Assembly (NCBI RefSeq): GCF_000027125.1
Contig: NC_017626.1
DNA from: Escherichia coli 042
GTDB lineage: Bacteria; Pseudomonadota; Gammaproteobacteria; Enterobacterales; Enterobacteriaceae
Length of the DNA stretch: 64,000 nt
Reading direction: 5' to 3' (one strand)
Both the position numbers and the translations under genes were made by a program. Under the pieces are notes generated by a model. The model saw only the letters and a list, made by a program, of their open reading frames with translations, was not told the origin of the DNA and made no database searches. Of the stretch, positions 1 to 9,004 are shown in pieces (position 1 is the first letter of the stretch; each line of letters begins with the position of its first letter).

Positions 1-1
1 G

Positions 2-103
2 CAGCAATTGCAGCAGACTGTGATGACTCACGGCTGGATTTACACCGACGCCCAGCTGTTACGCGATGATATTCAAACACTTTTCACGGCAGAACGATAT
101 TGA
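2..103 (+). CDS. crfC: C-terminal fragment of the upstream gene (likely crfC/yjdA); reading frame ends TGA at 101-103
   Basis: Open frame from the window edge ending ...LLRDDIQTLFTAERY*. Its position upstream of yjcZ-proP matches the K-12 gene order. Confidence 0.4.
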   Translation, partial: QQLQQTVMTHGWIYTDAQLLRDDIQTLFTAERY

Positions 104-978
104 CCAAGACGTTACTTGACGGCCCCGGTCGCGTGCTGGAGTCGGTTTATTCCCGCTTTTTAGTGGATTTGGCGCAGGGCGATGATGCCCGCCTTCCACA
201 AGCCCATCAGCAGCAGTTTCGTGAACGACTGATGCAGGAACTTCTTGCGCGCGTGCAGCTTCAGGCATGGACGAACGGCGGCATGTTAAATGCGCCGCTT
301 AGCCTGCGTCTGACATTGGTGGAAAAACTGGCGTCGATGCTGGATCCCGGTCATCTGGCGCTGACGCAGATCGCGCAGCATCTGGCGCTGCTGCAAAAAA
401 TGGATCACCGCCAGCACTCTGCTTTCCCGGAGCTCCCCCAGCAAATTGCCGCCTTGTATGAGTGGTTTTCAGCCCGTTGTCGCTGGAAGGAAAAGGCGTT
501 AACGCAACGAGGCCTACTGGTGCAGGCAGGTGAACAGAGCGAGCAAATTTTTACCCGCTGGCGTGCTGGGGCGTATAACGCCTGGTCGTTGCCTGGGCGC
601 TGTTTTATCGTTCTGGAGGAGTTACGCTGGGGGGCATTTGGCGATGCCTGCCGTCTGGGAAACCCGCAAGCGGTGGCGTTGTTGCTGGGTGATTTGCGCG
701 AGAAAGCGACACAACATCTGGCAGAGAGTATCAATGCGGCACCGACCACGCGTCACTATTACCATCAGTGGTTTGCCTCTTCGACCGTTCCGACGGGCGG
801 GGAGCATGCTGATTTTTTAAGTTGGCTGGGAAAGTGGACCACGGCAGATAAACAACCCGTTTGCTGGTCAGTGACCCAACGTTGGCAAACTGTCGCGCTG
901 GGGATGCCACGACTCTGTTCAGCGCAGCGTTTGGTGGGGGCAATGGTCGAGGAAATCTTCTCTGTAAATTTGGCGTAA
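100..978 (+). CDS. yjcZ: YjcZ-family protein (292 aa); apparent TTG start overlapping the upstream stop
   Basis: 292-aa ORF immediately upstream of proP in the same orientation, as in K-12 (yjcZ is 292 aa). Confidence 0.7.
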   Translation: MTKTLLDGPGRVLESVYSRFLVDLAQGDDARLPQAHQQQFRERLMQELLARVQLQAWTNGGMLNAPLSLRLTLVEKLASMLDPGHLALTQIAQHLALLQKMDHRQHSAFPELPQQIAALYEWFSARCRWKEKALTQRGLLVQAGEQSEQIFTRWRAGAYNAWSLPGRCFIVLEELRWGAFGDACRLGNPQAVALLLGDLREKATQHLAESINAAPTTRHYYHQWFASSTVPTGGEHADFLSWLGKWTTADKQPVCWSVTQRWQTVALGMPRLCSAQRLVGAMVEEIFSVNLA

Positions 979-1241
979 ATAATCAGTTACATCAATGAGT
1001 CCTAAACGAAATCCATATGTGAAGTTGATCACAAATTTAAACACTGGTAGGGTAAAAAGGTCATTAACTGCCCAATTCAGGCGTCAACTGGTTTGATTGT
1101 ACATTCCTTAACCGGAGGGTGTAAGCAAACCCGCTACGCTTGTTACAGAGATTGCATCCTGCAATTCCCGCTCCCCTTTTGCGGCCGTCGCGCTGATTTT
1201 TCTGGCGTTTGCGGAAATGGGCCAACTCTGCGAGGAAAGCT

Positions 1242-2744
1242 ATGCTGAAAAGGAAAAAAGTAAAACCAATTACCCTTCGTGATGTCACCATTATTGATGA
1301 CGGTAAACTGCGTAAAGCCATTACCGCAGCATCACTGGGTAATGCAATGGAATGGTTTGATTTTGGTGTTTATGGTTTTGTTGCTTACGCATTAGGTAAA
1401 GTTTTTTTCCCGGGGGCTGACCCCAGCGTGCAGATGGTTGCTGCACTTGCCACTTTCTCCGTTCCCTTTCTGATTCGACCGCTTGGCGGACTCTTCTTTG
1501 GTATGTTGGGCGATAAATATGGTCGCCAGAAGATCCTCGCTATCACTATTGTGATTATGTCGATCAGTACGTTCTGTATTGGCTTAATACCGTCCTACGA
1601 CACGATTGGTATTTGGGCACCGATTCTGCTGTTGATCTGTAAGATGGCACAAGGTTTCTCGGTCGGCGGTGAATATACCGGGGCGTCGATATTTGTTGCG
1701 GAATACTCCCCTGACCGTAAACGTGGATTTATGGGCAGCTGGCTGGACTTCGGTTCTATTGCCGGGTTTGTGCTGGGTGCGGGCGTGGTGGTGTTAATTT
1801 CGACCATTGTCGGCGAAGCGAACTTCCTCGACTGGGGCTGGCGTATTCCGTTCTTTATTGCTCTGCCGTTAGGGATTATCGGGCTTTACCTGCGCCATGC
1901 GCTGGAAGAGACCCCGGCGTTCCAGCAGCATGTTGATAAACTGGAGCAGGGCGACCGCGAAGGTTTGCAGGATGGCCCGAAAGTCTCGTTTAAAGAGATT
2001 GCCACCAAACACTGGCGCAGCCTGTTGACATGTATTGGTCTGGTAATTGCCACCAACGTGACTTACTACATGTTGCTGACCTATATGCCGAGTTATTTGT
2101 CGCATAACCTGCATTACTCCGAAGACCACGGGGTGCTGATTATTATCGCCATTATGATCGGTATGCTGTTTGTCCAGCCGGTGATGGGCTTGCTGAGTGA
2201 CCGTTTTGGCCGTCGTCCGTTTGTGCTGCTTGGTAGTGTTGCACTGTTTGTGTTGGCGATCCCGGCGTTTATTCTGATTAACAGTAACGTCATCGGCCTG
2301 ATTTTTGCCGGGTTACTGATGCTGGCGGTGATCCTTAACTGCTTTACGGGCGTTATGGCTTCTACCTTGCCAGCGATGTTCCCGACGCATATCCGATACA
2401 GCGCGCTGGCGGCGGCATTTAATATTTCGGTGCTGGTTGCCGGTCTGACGCCAACACTGGCGGCCTGGCTGGTCGAAAGCTCGCAGAATCTGATGATGCC
2501 TGCCTATTACCTGATGGTAGTGGCGGTGGTTGGTTTAATCACCGGCGTAACCATGAAAGAGACGGCAAATCGTCCGTTGAAAGGTGCGACACCGGCGGCG
2601 TCAGATATACAGGAAGCGAAGGAAATTCTCGTCGAGCATTACGATAATATCGAGCAGAAAATCGATGATATTGACCACGAGATTGCCGATTTGCAGGCGA
2701 AACGTACTCGCCTGGTGCAGCAACATCCGCGAATTGATGAATAA
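1242..2744 (+). CDS. proP: Proline/glycine-betaine MFS osmosensory transporter ProP (500 aa, start MLKRKKVK)
   Basis: Start and C-terminal coiled-coil (DIDHEIADLQAKRTRLVQQHPRIDE) are recognised from the translation; length matches. The ORF-track start at 1209 is an upstream in-frame extension. Confidence 0.95.
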   Translation: MLKRKKVKPITLRDVTIIDDGKLRKAITAASLGNAMEWFDFGVYGFVAYALGKVFFPGADPSVQMVAALATFSVPFLIRPLGGLFFGMLGDKYGRQKILAITIVIMSISTFCIGLIPSYDTIGIWAPILLLICKMAQGFSVGGEYTGASIFVAEYSPDRKRGFMGSWLDFGSIAGFVLGAGVVVLISTIVGEANFLDWGWRIPFFIALPLGIIGLYLRHALEETPAFQQHVDKLEQGDREGLQDGPKVSFKEIATKHWRSLLTCIGLVIATNVTYYMLLTYMPSYLSHNLHYSEDHGVLIIIAIMIGMLFVQPVMGLLSDRFGRRPFVLLGSVALFVLAIPAFILINSNVIGLIFAGLLMLAVILNCFTGVMASTLPAMFPTHIRYSALAAAFNISVLVAGLTPTLAAWLVESSQNLMMPAYYLMVVAVVGLITGVTMKETANRPLKGATPAASDIQEAKEILVEHYDNIEQKIDDIDHEIADLQAKRTRLVQQHPRIDE

Positions 2745-2756
2745 GCTGAAACGGAT

Positions 2757-2785
2757 GGCCTGATGTGACGCTGTCTTATCAGGCC
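2757..2785. repeat. REP-like palindromic element (GGCCTGATGTGACGCTGTCTTATCAGGCC) downstream of proP
   Basis: Imperfect inverted repeat with the GCCTGATG...ATCAGGC REP signature. Confidence 0.4.
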
Positions 2786-2795
2786 AATTGAAGTC

Positions 2796-2812
2796 TTAAG
2801 GTTCACTTAATC
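2796..2812 (+). promoter_or_regulatory. PmrA (BasR) box CTTAAG-N5-CTTAAT upstream of pmrR
   Basis: Direct hexamer repeat CTTAAGgttcaCTTAAT 44 bp upstream of the pmrR ATG; matches the PmrA box consensus. Confidence 0.6.
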
Positions 2813-2855
2813 TCTGACGCGCATACTCTCCTCCAGGTTAACGGAGGAGAGTGCA

Positions 2856-2945
2856 ATGAAAAACCGTGTTTATGAAAGTTTAACTACCGTGTTCAGCGTG
2901 CTGGTGGTCAGCAGCTTTCTTTATATCTGGTTTGCCACGTACTGA
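2856..2945 (+). CDS. pmrR: PmrR 29-aa membrane peptide (MKNRVYESLTTVFSVLVVSSFLYIWFATY)
   Basis: Short ORF below the ORF-track cutoff, recognised by sequence. Its 3' end overlaps the 3' end of convergent basS by 25 nt. Confidence 0.85.
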   Translation: MKNRVYESLTTVFSVLVVSSFLYIWFATY

Positions 2946-4012
2946 TCTTTCTTCAGCCGTACCCAGGCCCGCGTGCCGGAAGTCTCTTGCCGGTTTTGCA
3001 GGAAAAACTGCCCGTGATGCAACTGTGTAATGCGGCTGACAATACTTAACCCCAGACCAATCCCGCCATAACGGCTGTCCATACGTACAAACGCTTTACT
3101 CAACTCCCCGCATTTACTCTCATCAATACCCGGTCCTTCATCTTCAACGGCCATGACCGCTCCGCCATCTTCTTGCAGCTTAATCATAATGTTGCTGCCT
3201 TGCGGGCTGTAACGATGGGCGTTTTCTACCAGGTTTCGCAATAACATCCGCAGCAGGGTTGCATCACCTTGAACGGTGATGTCGGCGGCGCTCTCTGGCA
3301 ATAGCAGGGTTTGCTGTCGCTGGTCGAGCATGGTACTGAGTTCGTCATACGAGGGGAGAATGACATCTTCCAGCAGTTTTACATGTTGATAATTACCGGA
3401 AGAAAATGACTGTCCGGCACGCGCCAGTTGCAGCAGCTGGGAGACACTCTCCATCATCTGATCAAGCCGTGCCACTAACGGTGCTACATCAATGTGATGC
3501 GTTTTCGCCAGCAGTTCCAGATGCAAACGCACCCCCGCCAGTGGCGTTCGCAGTTCGTGCGCGACGTCAGCGGTAAACAACCTTTCGTTATCCAGCGTGC
3601 TGGTCAGGCGACTGACCAGATCGTTCAACGCCGAAACCACCGCTTCGATTTCGAGGGTGGCGCTGTGAATGGCAATAGGCGTTAAGTTGTCGGCGGTGCG
3701 CGCTTCCAGCTCTTTTTGCAGCTCCGCCAGCGGCCGGGTGATGCGGCGTACCGCCTGATAGCAGATAAATAGCGTCAGGCTGACCATAAAGACGCCGGGG
3801 ACGATCAGGCTGGCGACCGCCTCGCGGATCTCACGCATGATGTGGCGATCGTTGTTGCGATTGTCGCGTAGCGCCTGCTCAAACAGCTGAATCTGCTCGG
3901 TACTTTCATGCCATAGCCAGAAGACGCTGATCAGCTCAAACACCAACAAAATGGCCCCAATGGTCAATATCAGCCGTTGGCGCAGCGATATTGGTCGGCG
4001 CAGAAAACGCAT
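2921..4012 (-). CDS. basS: Sensor histidine kinase BasS/PmrB (363 aa from MRFLRRPISL)
   Basis: Protein recognised; ATG at 4010-4012 gives 363 aa. The ORF-track start at 4021 is a TTG extension. Confidence 0.95.
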   Translation of the reverse strand: MRFLRRPISLRQRLILTIGAILLVFELISVFWLWHESTEQIQLFEQALRDNRNNDRHIMREIREAVASLIVPGVFMVSLTLFICYQAVRRITRPLAELQKELEARTADNLTPIAIHSATLEIEAVVSALNDLVSRLTSTLDNERLFTADVAHELRTPLAGVRLHLELLAKTHHIDVAPLVARLDQMMESVSQLLQLARAGQSFSSGNYQHVKLLEDVILPSYDELSTMLDQRQQTLLLPESAADITVQGDATLLRMLLRNLVENAHRYSPQGSNIMIKLQEDGGAVMAVEDEGPGIDESKCGELSKAFVRMDSRYGGIGLGLSIVSRITQLHHGQFFLQNRQETSGTRAWVRLKKDQYVANQI

Positions 4013-4021
4013 CAGATTCAA

Positions 4022-4690
4022 TTAGTTTTCCTCATTCGCGACCAGCATATAGCCAAATCCGCGCACGGTGCGGATACGGGCTTTGCCCACTTTGTCGCGC
4101 AGATTGTGGATATGCACTTCCAGGGTGTTGGTCGAGGGTTCATTGTCCCAGTTATAGATGTCGTTGTAGAGAATTTCCCGATGCACCGGGCTGCCTGCTT
4201 TAAGCATCAGGCGCGACAGCAGAGCATATTCTTTGGGCGTCAGAATCAGTTCTTCTCCGCTCATCCATACCTGGCGGCGACCCATATTCAGCGTCAGATT
4301 GCCAACAATCAGCTCACTTTCGCCCTGATTATTATGGCGTCGTAGCAGGGCGCGGATACGGGCGTGTAACTCTTCCAGCGCAAAAGGCTTCACCAGATAG
4401 TCATCGGCACCGACATCCAGCCCGGCGATTTTGTCGGTCAGCGTATCGCGAGCGGTGAGGATCAGTACCGGCAGGGTGTATTTTTTCTGCCGGATACGGG
4501 CGAGAAAATGCAGTCCATCTTCGTCGGGTAACCCTAAATCCAGTACCACCAGGCTGTAATGACCGGCCTCAAGGCTTTGTTCCGCCATCCGCGCGGTTGT
4601 CACGCCATCGCACGCGTAGCCTTCGGTTTGCGCCGCCAGAATCAATCCCTGCAATAACAGCGTATCGTCTTCAACAATCAGAATTTTCAT
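4022..4690 (-). CDS. basR: Response regulator BasR/PmrA (222 aa)
   Basis: [16 protein letters not shown]... OmpR-family regulator; length and neighbours match. Confidence 0.95.
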   Translation of the reverse strand: MKILIVEDDTLLLQGLILAAQTEGYACDGVTTARMAEQSLEAGHYSLVVLDLGLPDEDGLHFLARIRQKKYTLPVLILTARDTLTDKIAGLDVGADDYLVKPFALEELHARIRALLRRHNNQGESELIVGNLTLNMGRRQVWMSGEELILTPKEYALLSRLMLKAGSPVHREILYNDIYNWDNEPSTNTLEVHIHNLRDKVGKARIRTVRGFGYMLVANEEN

Positions 4691-6330
4691 TCACTCACTC
4701 TCCTGCAAGTTTGCAGAATATCATCCGCAGCCTGGTAATACTTCGTCTCAACGCCAGTTAATCCCAATAGCGTGGAGAATAAATTATCTTGTGAATAGTG
4801 TTGCGTTTGCGCCTGTTTTTGCAGGCAGTTCTGGTCAACCTGATACCGTTTTTGATAATCCTCCGACAGCCACAGCAGCATCGGCACCTGTTTTTGGCTA
4901 TCCGGGGCGATGGCATAAGGCAGACCGTGCAGATAGATGCCATTTTCACCTAACGACTCACCGTGGTCAGAAAGATAAACCAGGCTGGTGGTGAATTTAT
5001 CCTGATGTTCTTTCAGCAGATTAATCGCTTTATCAACAATATAGTCGACGTAAACCAGCGTGTTGTCGTAAGTGTTCACCAGTTGCTCTTTGGTACAGGT
5101 CTGGATCTCGTTAGTGTCGCAGGTTGGGGTAAATTTCCTGAACTGCGGCGGATAGCGGTTGTAATAGGTCGGACCGTGGCTGCCGATGGTGTGTAAGACA
5201 ATCACGCCATCACCCTGCAGGTTATTGATGTACTCTTCCAGCCCGTGGAACAGCACTTCGTCATAGCATTCGCCGTTGATGCACTGACCAGGCAGATTCA
5301 GCGCGGTGACGTTCTGGTGAGGCACGCGGTCGCAGGCACCTTTACAGCCGCCATCGTTGTCATTCCACAGCACGTTGATGCCCGCTCGCTGAATGATATC
5401 CAGCACGCCTTCCTGGTGCTGTGCCAGCTCTTCTTTGTAGTGCTCACGCGGCATATCCGAGAACATGCACGGTACTGAAACTGCCGTTGCCGTGCCGCAA
5501 GATGCGGTATTAGGGAAATAGACCACGTTATCTTTTGCCAGCCGCGGGTTAGTTTCACGCGGATAGCCATTGAGGGAGAAGTTCTCCGCCCGCGAGGTTT
5601 CGCCGACAATCAGGATGGTCAAATTTTTACGTTTCTCTTTCTGCATTAATGGGTTGCGGTGCGCGTCTTCACCAATTCGCACCAGCGGCAGATTTGCCAG
5701 TCGCTGATGGGAGTACCATGACCAGCTGGCAACAATGCTGTTAGAGGGGCTTAAGGATTTCACCAGCTCTTTGTTGTTGCGGAACAATGAGGCGTAGTCT
5801 TTATAAAACAGTGCGGCGACCAGCAAAATCAGCAGTACAGACACCAGAATATTGGCTCCACGGAAAAGAACACTGCGCAGGCGCGAGGTGGCAGGTTTGA
5901 TTTTAATCCAGCAGGCAATCAGCGCAGCAAGCACGCCGCTGAATCCCAGCGTTAATAACATTTGCGGCGTCATCAACGCATAACTTTCTGCCGGAGTGGT
6001 ATCAATAATATTGGCAATCATCGAGCGGTCGATGACGATGCCGTAAGTCATTATGAAATATTGTGCAGCCGCGCCGACCAGAATAAACAGGCAGGCCAGC
6101 GGTCGATTAAGCCATAAGAAAGAGCTTAGTGTCAGGACAATATTAATCACGCTGAAGGCGACGACTGGCATCGACAAGAAAACCAGTACGTTATGCAGCG
6201 AGTCCAGCGGCAGCGCCTGCAACACCTGTTTAAAAAAGGCAATATTCAGGCAGATAGAGATATAAAAAGCGGCCAACAATAGCCAGGCGAGTAAATTCAA
6301 AGAGGGTCTTTTTAGTAGGCGCTTCAACAT
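4687..6330 (-). CDS. eptA: Lipid A phosphoethanolamine transferase EptA/PmrC (547 aa from [11 protein letters not shown])
   Basis: Protein recognised; the ATG at 6328-6330 gives 547 aa. ATGA overlap with the basR start as in K-12. Confidence 0.95.
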   Translation of the reverse strand: MLKRLLKRPSLNLLAWLLLAAFYISICLNIAFFKQVLQALPLDSLHNVLVFLSMPVVAFSVINIVLTLSSFLWLNRPLACLFILVGAAAQYFIMTYGIVIDRSMIANIIDTTPAESYALMTPQMLLTLGFSGVLAALIACWIKIKPATSRLRSVLFRGANILVSVLLILLVAALFYKDYASLFRNNKELVKSLSPSNSIVASWSWYSHQRLANLPLVRIGEDAHRNPLMQKEKRKNLTILIVGETSRAENFSLNGYPRETNPRLAKDNVVYFPNTASCGTATAVSVPCMFSDMPREHYKEELAQHQEGVLDIIQRAGINVLWNDNDGGCKGACDRVPHQNVTALNLPGQCINGECYDEVLFHGLEEYINNLQGDGVIVLHTIGSHGPTYYNRYPPQFRKFTPTCDTNEIQTCTKEQLVNTYDNTLVYVDYIVDKAINLLKEHQDKFTTSLVYLSDHGESLGENGIYLHGLPYAIAPDSQKQVPMLLWLSEDYQKRYQVDQNCLQKQAQTQHYSQDNLFSTLLGLTGVETKYYQAADDILQTCRRVSE

Positions 6331-6376
6331 CACGGTGTTTCCATCGAACAAAGTGCGCATATGCTCGCAAAGCAAA

Positions 6377-6393
6377 ATTAAGCCAACCTTAAG
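6377..6393 (-). promoter_or_regulatory. PmrA box (CTTAAG-GTTGG-CTTAAT on the minus strand) in the eptA promoter
   Basis: Reverse complement of 6377-6393 reads CTTAAGgttggCTTAAT, about 35 bp upstream of the eptA ATG. Confidence 0.6.
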
Positions 6394-6409
6394 TTCTTAA
6401 GGTTGGCTT
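6380..6409 (-). terminator. Perfect 14-bp-arm palindrome (AAGCCAACCTTAAG tt CTTAAGGTTGGCTT); probable adiC terminator overlapping the eptA PmrA box
   Basis: Hairpin 25 bp downstream of the adiC stop, followed on the minus strand by AATTTTGCTTT. Confidence 0.5.
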
Positions 6410-6433
6410 TTATGTTTGCTGGATTAAGGGGAA

Positions 6434-7771
6434 TTAATCTTTGCTTATTGGTGCATCTAAGGGATACGGGTTTTTATGCAGCCGGTTGTAATTCAGCGCA
6501 TACATGGCGGTGATGACCATCAGGGTGACAAATGACCACATAACCTCTTTCGCCCCGGACCCCACCACGGCCCAGATGCAGTAGAGGAAGGCAATGGTAG
6601 TAACTGCCAGATATACCGGGCGTGCTTTACCAAAGTGGCCGTGGCCGAGCAGCAGTAACGCCGCACAGGTGTAAAGATATGGCACCAGTGTAAAGATGAC
6701 CGAGACGGAAGAAACCAGACCGAACTCTTTGGTCGCGTTTGGTGAAATGCTGCTGAGCTGGAAGATGGTCATCAAAATACCGACGATAATCAGCCCCGCC
6801 ACTGGCGTACCCGCTTTATTAACACGGGCAAAAATCGGTGGGAACAGTCCGTCATCGGCAGCGGCTTTCGCCGTTTGACCCGCCAGCAACGTCCAGCCGC
6901 CCAGTGAACCTAAGCAACCCGCAGCTGCGCAGAAGGAAACAATGGCCCCGGCGGTGTCACCCAACGCCATCCGTGCGGCATCACCGAATGGCGAGGCAGA
7001 AACGCGCAGTGCGGCATTAGGGATCATCCCCATAATCGCGGTGGTGGAGAGTACATAGCAAACGGCGGCAATCAATACCCCACCAATGGTGGCGATAGGG
7101 ACGTTGCGTTTCGGGTTTTTCACCACACCTGCGGCAACGGAGGCACTTTCCACACCGATGAACGACCACAGCGTAACGTTAAGGGTACTTTGAATTGCAC
7201 CGAAGGTGCCCAGGCCGCTGACGTTCCATGCCGCCATATAGGTTTCACCACGGAACCAGAACCAGCCAAATACGGCAATCCCGACGATGGGGATCAGCGC
7301 CAGCACGGTGGCAACGGCCTGCACGCGGGTGATCATTTTCGGACCGACAATATTCAGCAGGACGAAGATCCACAGCACCACGACGCAGGTGATGGTTAAT
7401 ACCAATGGATCTTTCAGAATCGGGAAGAAGTAACTTAAATAACCTACGCCAATGACCACCATGGCGATATTGCCGATCCAGCAGGCCAGCCAGTAGAGGA
7501 CGTTGGTTTGATAACCGAGAAACGGCCCAAAGCAGCGACGGGCGTAAGCGTAAGAACCACCAGGACTTGGGTCGAGGAACGACATTTTGGCGTATACCAT
7601 CGAGAGCCCCAGCGCACCGATAATCGTCACCAACCATCCATAAATGGCAATCCCGCCAGTGGAGGCCAGGTTTGCAGGTAACAGAAAAACACCTGACCCC
7701 ATAATATTCCCCGACACCATCAGGGTGACGGGGATTAAGCCCACTTTGTGAGCATCAGCATCCGAAGACAT
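6434..7771 (-). CDS. adiC: Arginine:agmatine antiporter AdiC (445 aa)
   Basis: APC-family transporter; sequence and length match. Confidence 0.95.
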   Translation of the reverse strand: MSSDADAHKVGLIPVTLMVSGNIMGSGVFLLPANLASTGGIAIYGWLVTIIGALGLSMVYAKMSFLDPSPGGSYAYARRCFGPFLGYQTNVLYWLACWIGNIAMVVIGVGYLSYFFPILKDPLVLTITCVVVLWIFVLLNIVGPKMITRVQAVATVLALIPIVGIAVFGWFWFRGETYMAAWNVSGLGTFGAIQSTLNVTLWSFIGVESASVAAGVVKNPKRNVPIATIGGVLIAAVCYVLSTTAIMGMIPNAALRVSASPFGDAARMALGDTAGAIVSFCAAAGCLGSLGGWTLLAGQTAKAAADDGLFPPIFARVNKAGTPVAGLIIVGILMTIFQLSSISPNATKEFGLVSSVSVIFTLVPYLYTCAALLLLGHGHFGKARPVYLAVTTIAFLYCIWAVVGSGAKEVMWSFVTLMVITAMYALNYNRLHKNPYPLDAPISKD

Positions 7772-7907
7772 AATTAAACTCCTGCGAAGGCGAGCTTCGT
7801 GACAATAAATTACGTCATATCATACGCCTGCATTCGATAGTTGAATTATTATCGACCGGGTTATCGCTGATGCCGTTATTAATATAGCTCTTCGTTAAGG
7901 TTAAAAA

Positions 7908-8669
7908 TCAGGCGACAGTGCGTTCTCTGTGCTGACTAACATAATGCAGAGGCGTCATACCGTAGAAGTCTTTAAAGACAGAAATAAAGTACGACGTACT
8001 GTTGTAGCCGCAGGATTGTGATACCTGAGAGATATTTTTACCGTCCATCATTAATTCATTGACGGCATAACGCATGCGGCAGGTGGTGATTATTTGGCTA
8101 TAACTGGTGTTTTCGCTTTTCAGCTTTTTCTTTAACAGACTCGGGCTAAGACATAAACAACCGGCTACCATACTAAGATTCCAGTCTTTGTGGATATCGC
8201 TTTCAATAATTTGATAAACGCTGTCACTTACACAATTACGTAACATATACATCATTAATGAAAGGAATTTTTTACTGTCGAGAAAACGGGATAGCACAGT
8301 GAATAATAATGCACGTGTTCGTTCCTTTTCTGACTCAGTTTCAGCGGGCATCATGCTATGTTGCGCGGCAACGCGAAAGACGTCTGGCGTCAGGCATGGC
8401 AGGGTGAGGATGGGCGTAGCGCTACGTTGCCATACTGGTATTTGCGAGAGATCTTTATTCAGAAACCGGAGGTAATCTTTGATGATGTCGTGACTAATAT
8501 GAGCAACCAAAGTGTTATTAAGAGAGGAGACGTCGATAATATTATTTTCACAATTTAATAACGCCATATGGTTAGCTTTAAGGCTAATAGGTTCTTTCCC
8601 ATTCACCCTTATCCAGACATCTTTTTCAGTCAATAAAACAATACAAGGTTGGTCGCTGCAAATCCTCAT
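7908..8669 (-). CDS. adiY: AraC-family regulator AdiY (253 aa)
   Basis: 253-aa AraC/XylS HTH protein between adiC and adiA. Confidence 0.9.
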   Translation of the reverse strand: MRICSDQPCIVLLTEKDVWIRVNGKEPISLKANHMALLNCENNIIDVSSLNNTLVAHISHDIIKDYLRFLNKDLSQIPVWQRSATPILTLPCLTPDVFRVAAQHSMMPAETESEKERTRALLFTVLSRFLDSKKFLSLMMYMLRNCVSDSVYQIIESDIHKDWNLSMVAGCLCLSPSLLKKKLKSENTSYSQIITTCRMRYAVNELMMDGKNISQVSQSCGYNSTSYFISVFKDFYGMTPLHYVSQHRERTVA

Positions 8670-8860
8670 ACATGTACTCCTGAGTGCGAATAAAAGACCA
8701 GTTCTCGCTAAAGCGAAGCGATACCGGGAAATGGTTATATAATTGTATGATGAATATAAACATGCATAAAAATAACGAGTTTTACTAATATTACAAATTT
8801 TTATAGTAATTTCTCATGTACATATTTTTTTACAGGCTAAAAAAAGGATAAATAACAGGC

Positions 8861-8887
8861 AAAAAAAAGCGCGGGGTGGGACCGCGC
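8861..8887 (-). terminator. Rho-independent terminator of adiA (GCGCGGTCCCACCCCGCGC + T8 on the minus strand)
   Basis: GC-rich hairpin 8869-8887 followed on the minus strand by a run of 8 T. Confidence 0.6.
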
Positions 8888-9004
8888 AAAAAGCATGACA
8901 TTTTTTGTTTGCAGCAATTTTTATGAAAACGTTGCCATACTTAAAAGGCCTCAAGCCAGGCGGCGTAATGTTATTTAACAATTACGCCTTCAGCGGAATA
9001 GTGG

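Noticed and set aside
2826-2851. Inverted repeat TCTCCTCC aggttaac GGAGGAGA as proP terminator
   Set aside because: No T-tract follows on either strand, and it overlaps the pmrR ribosome-binding region. More likely RBS-associated structure than an intrinsic terminator, so not listed as a feature.
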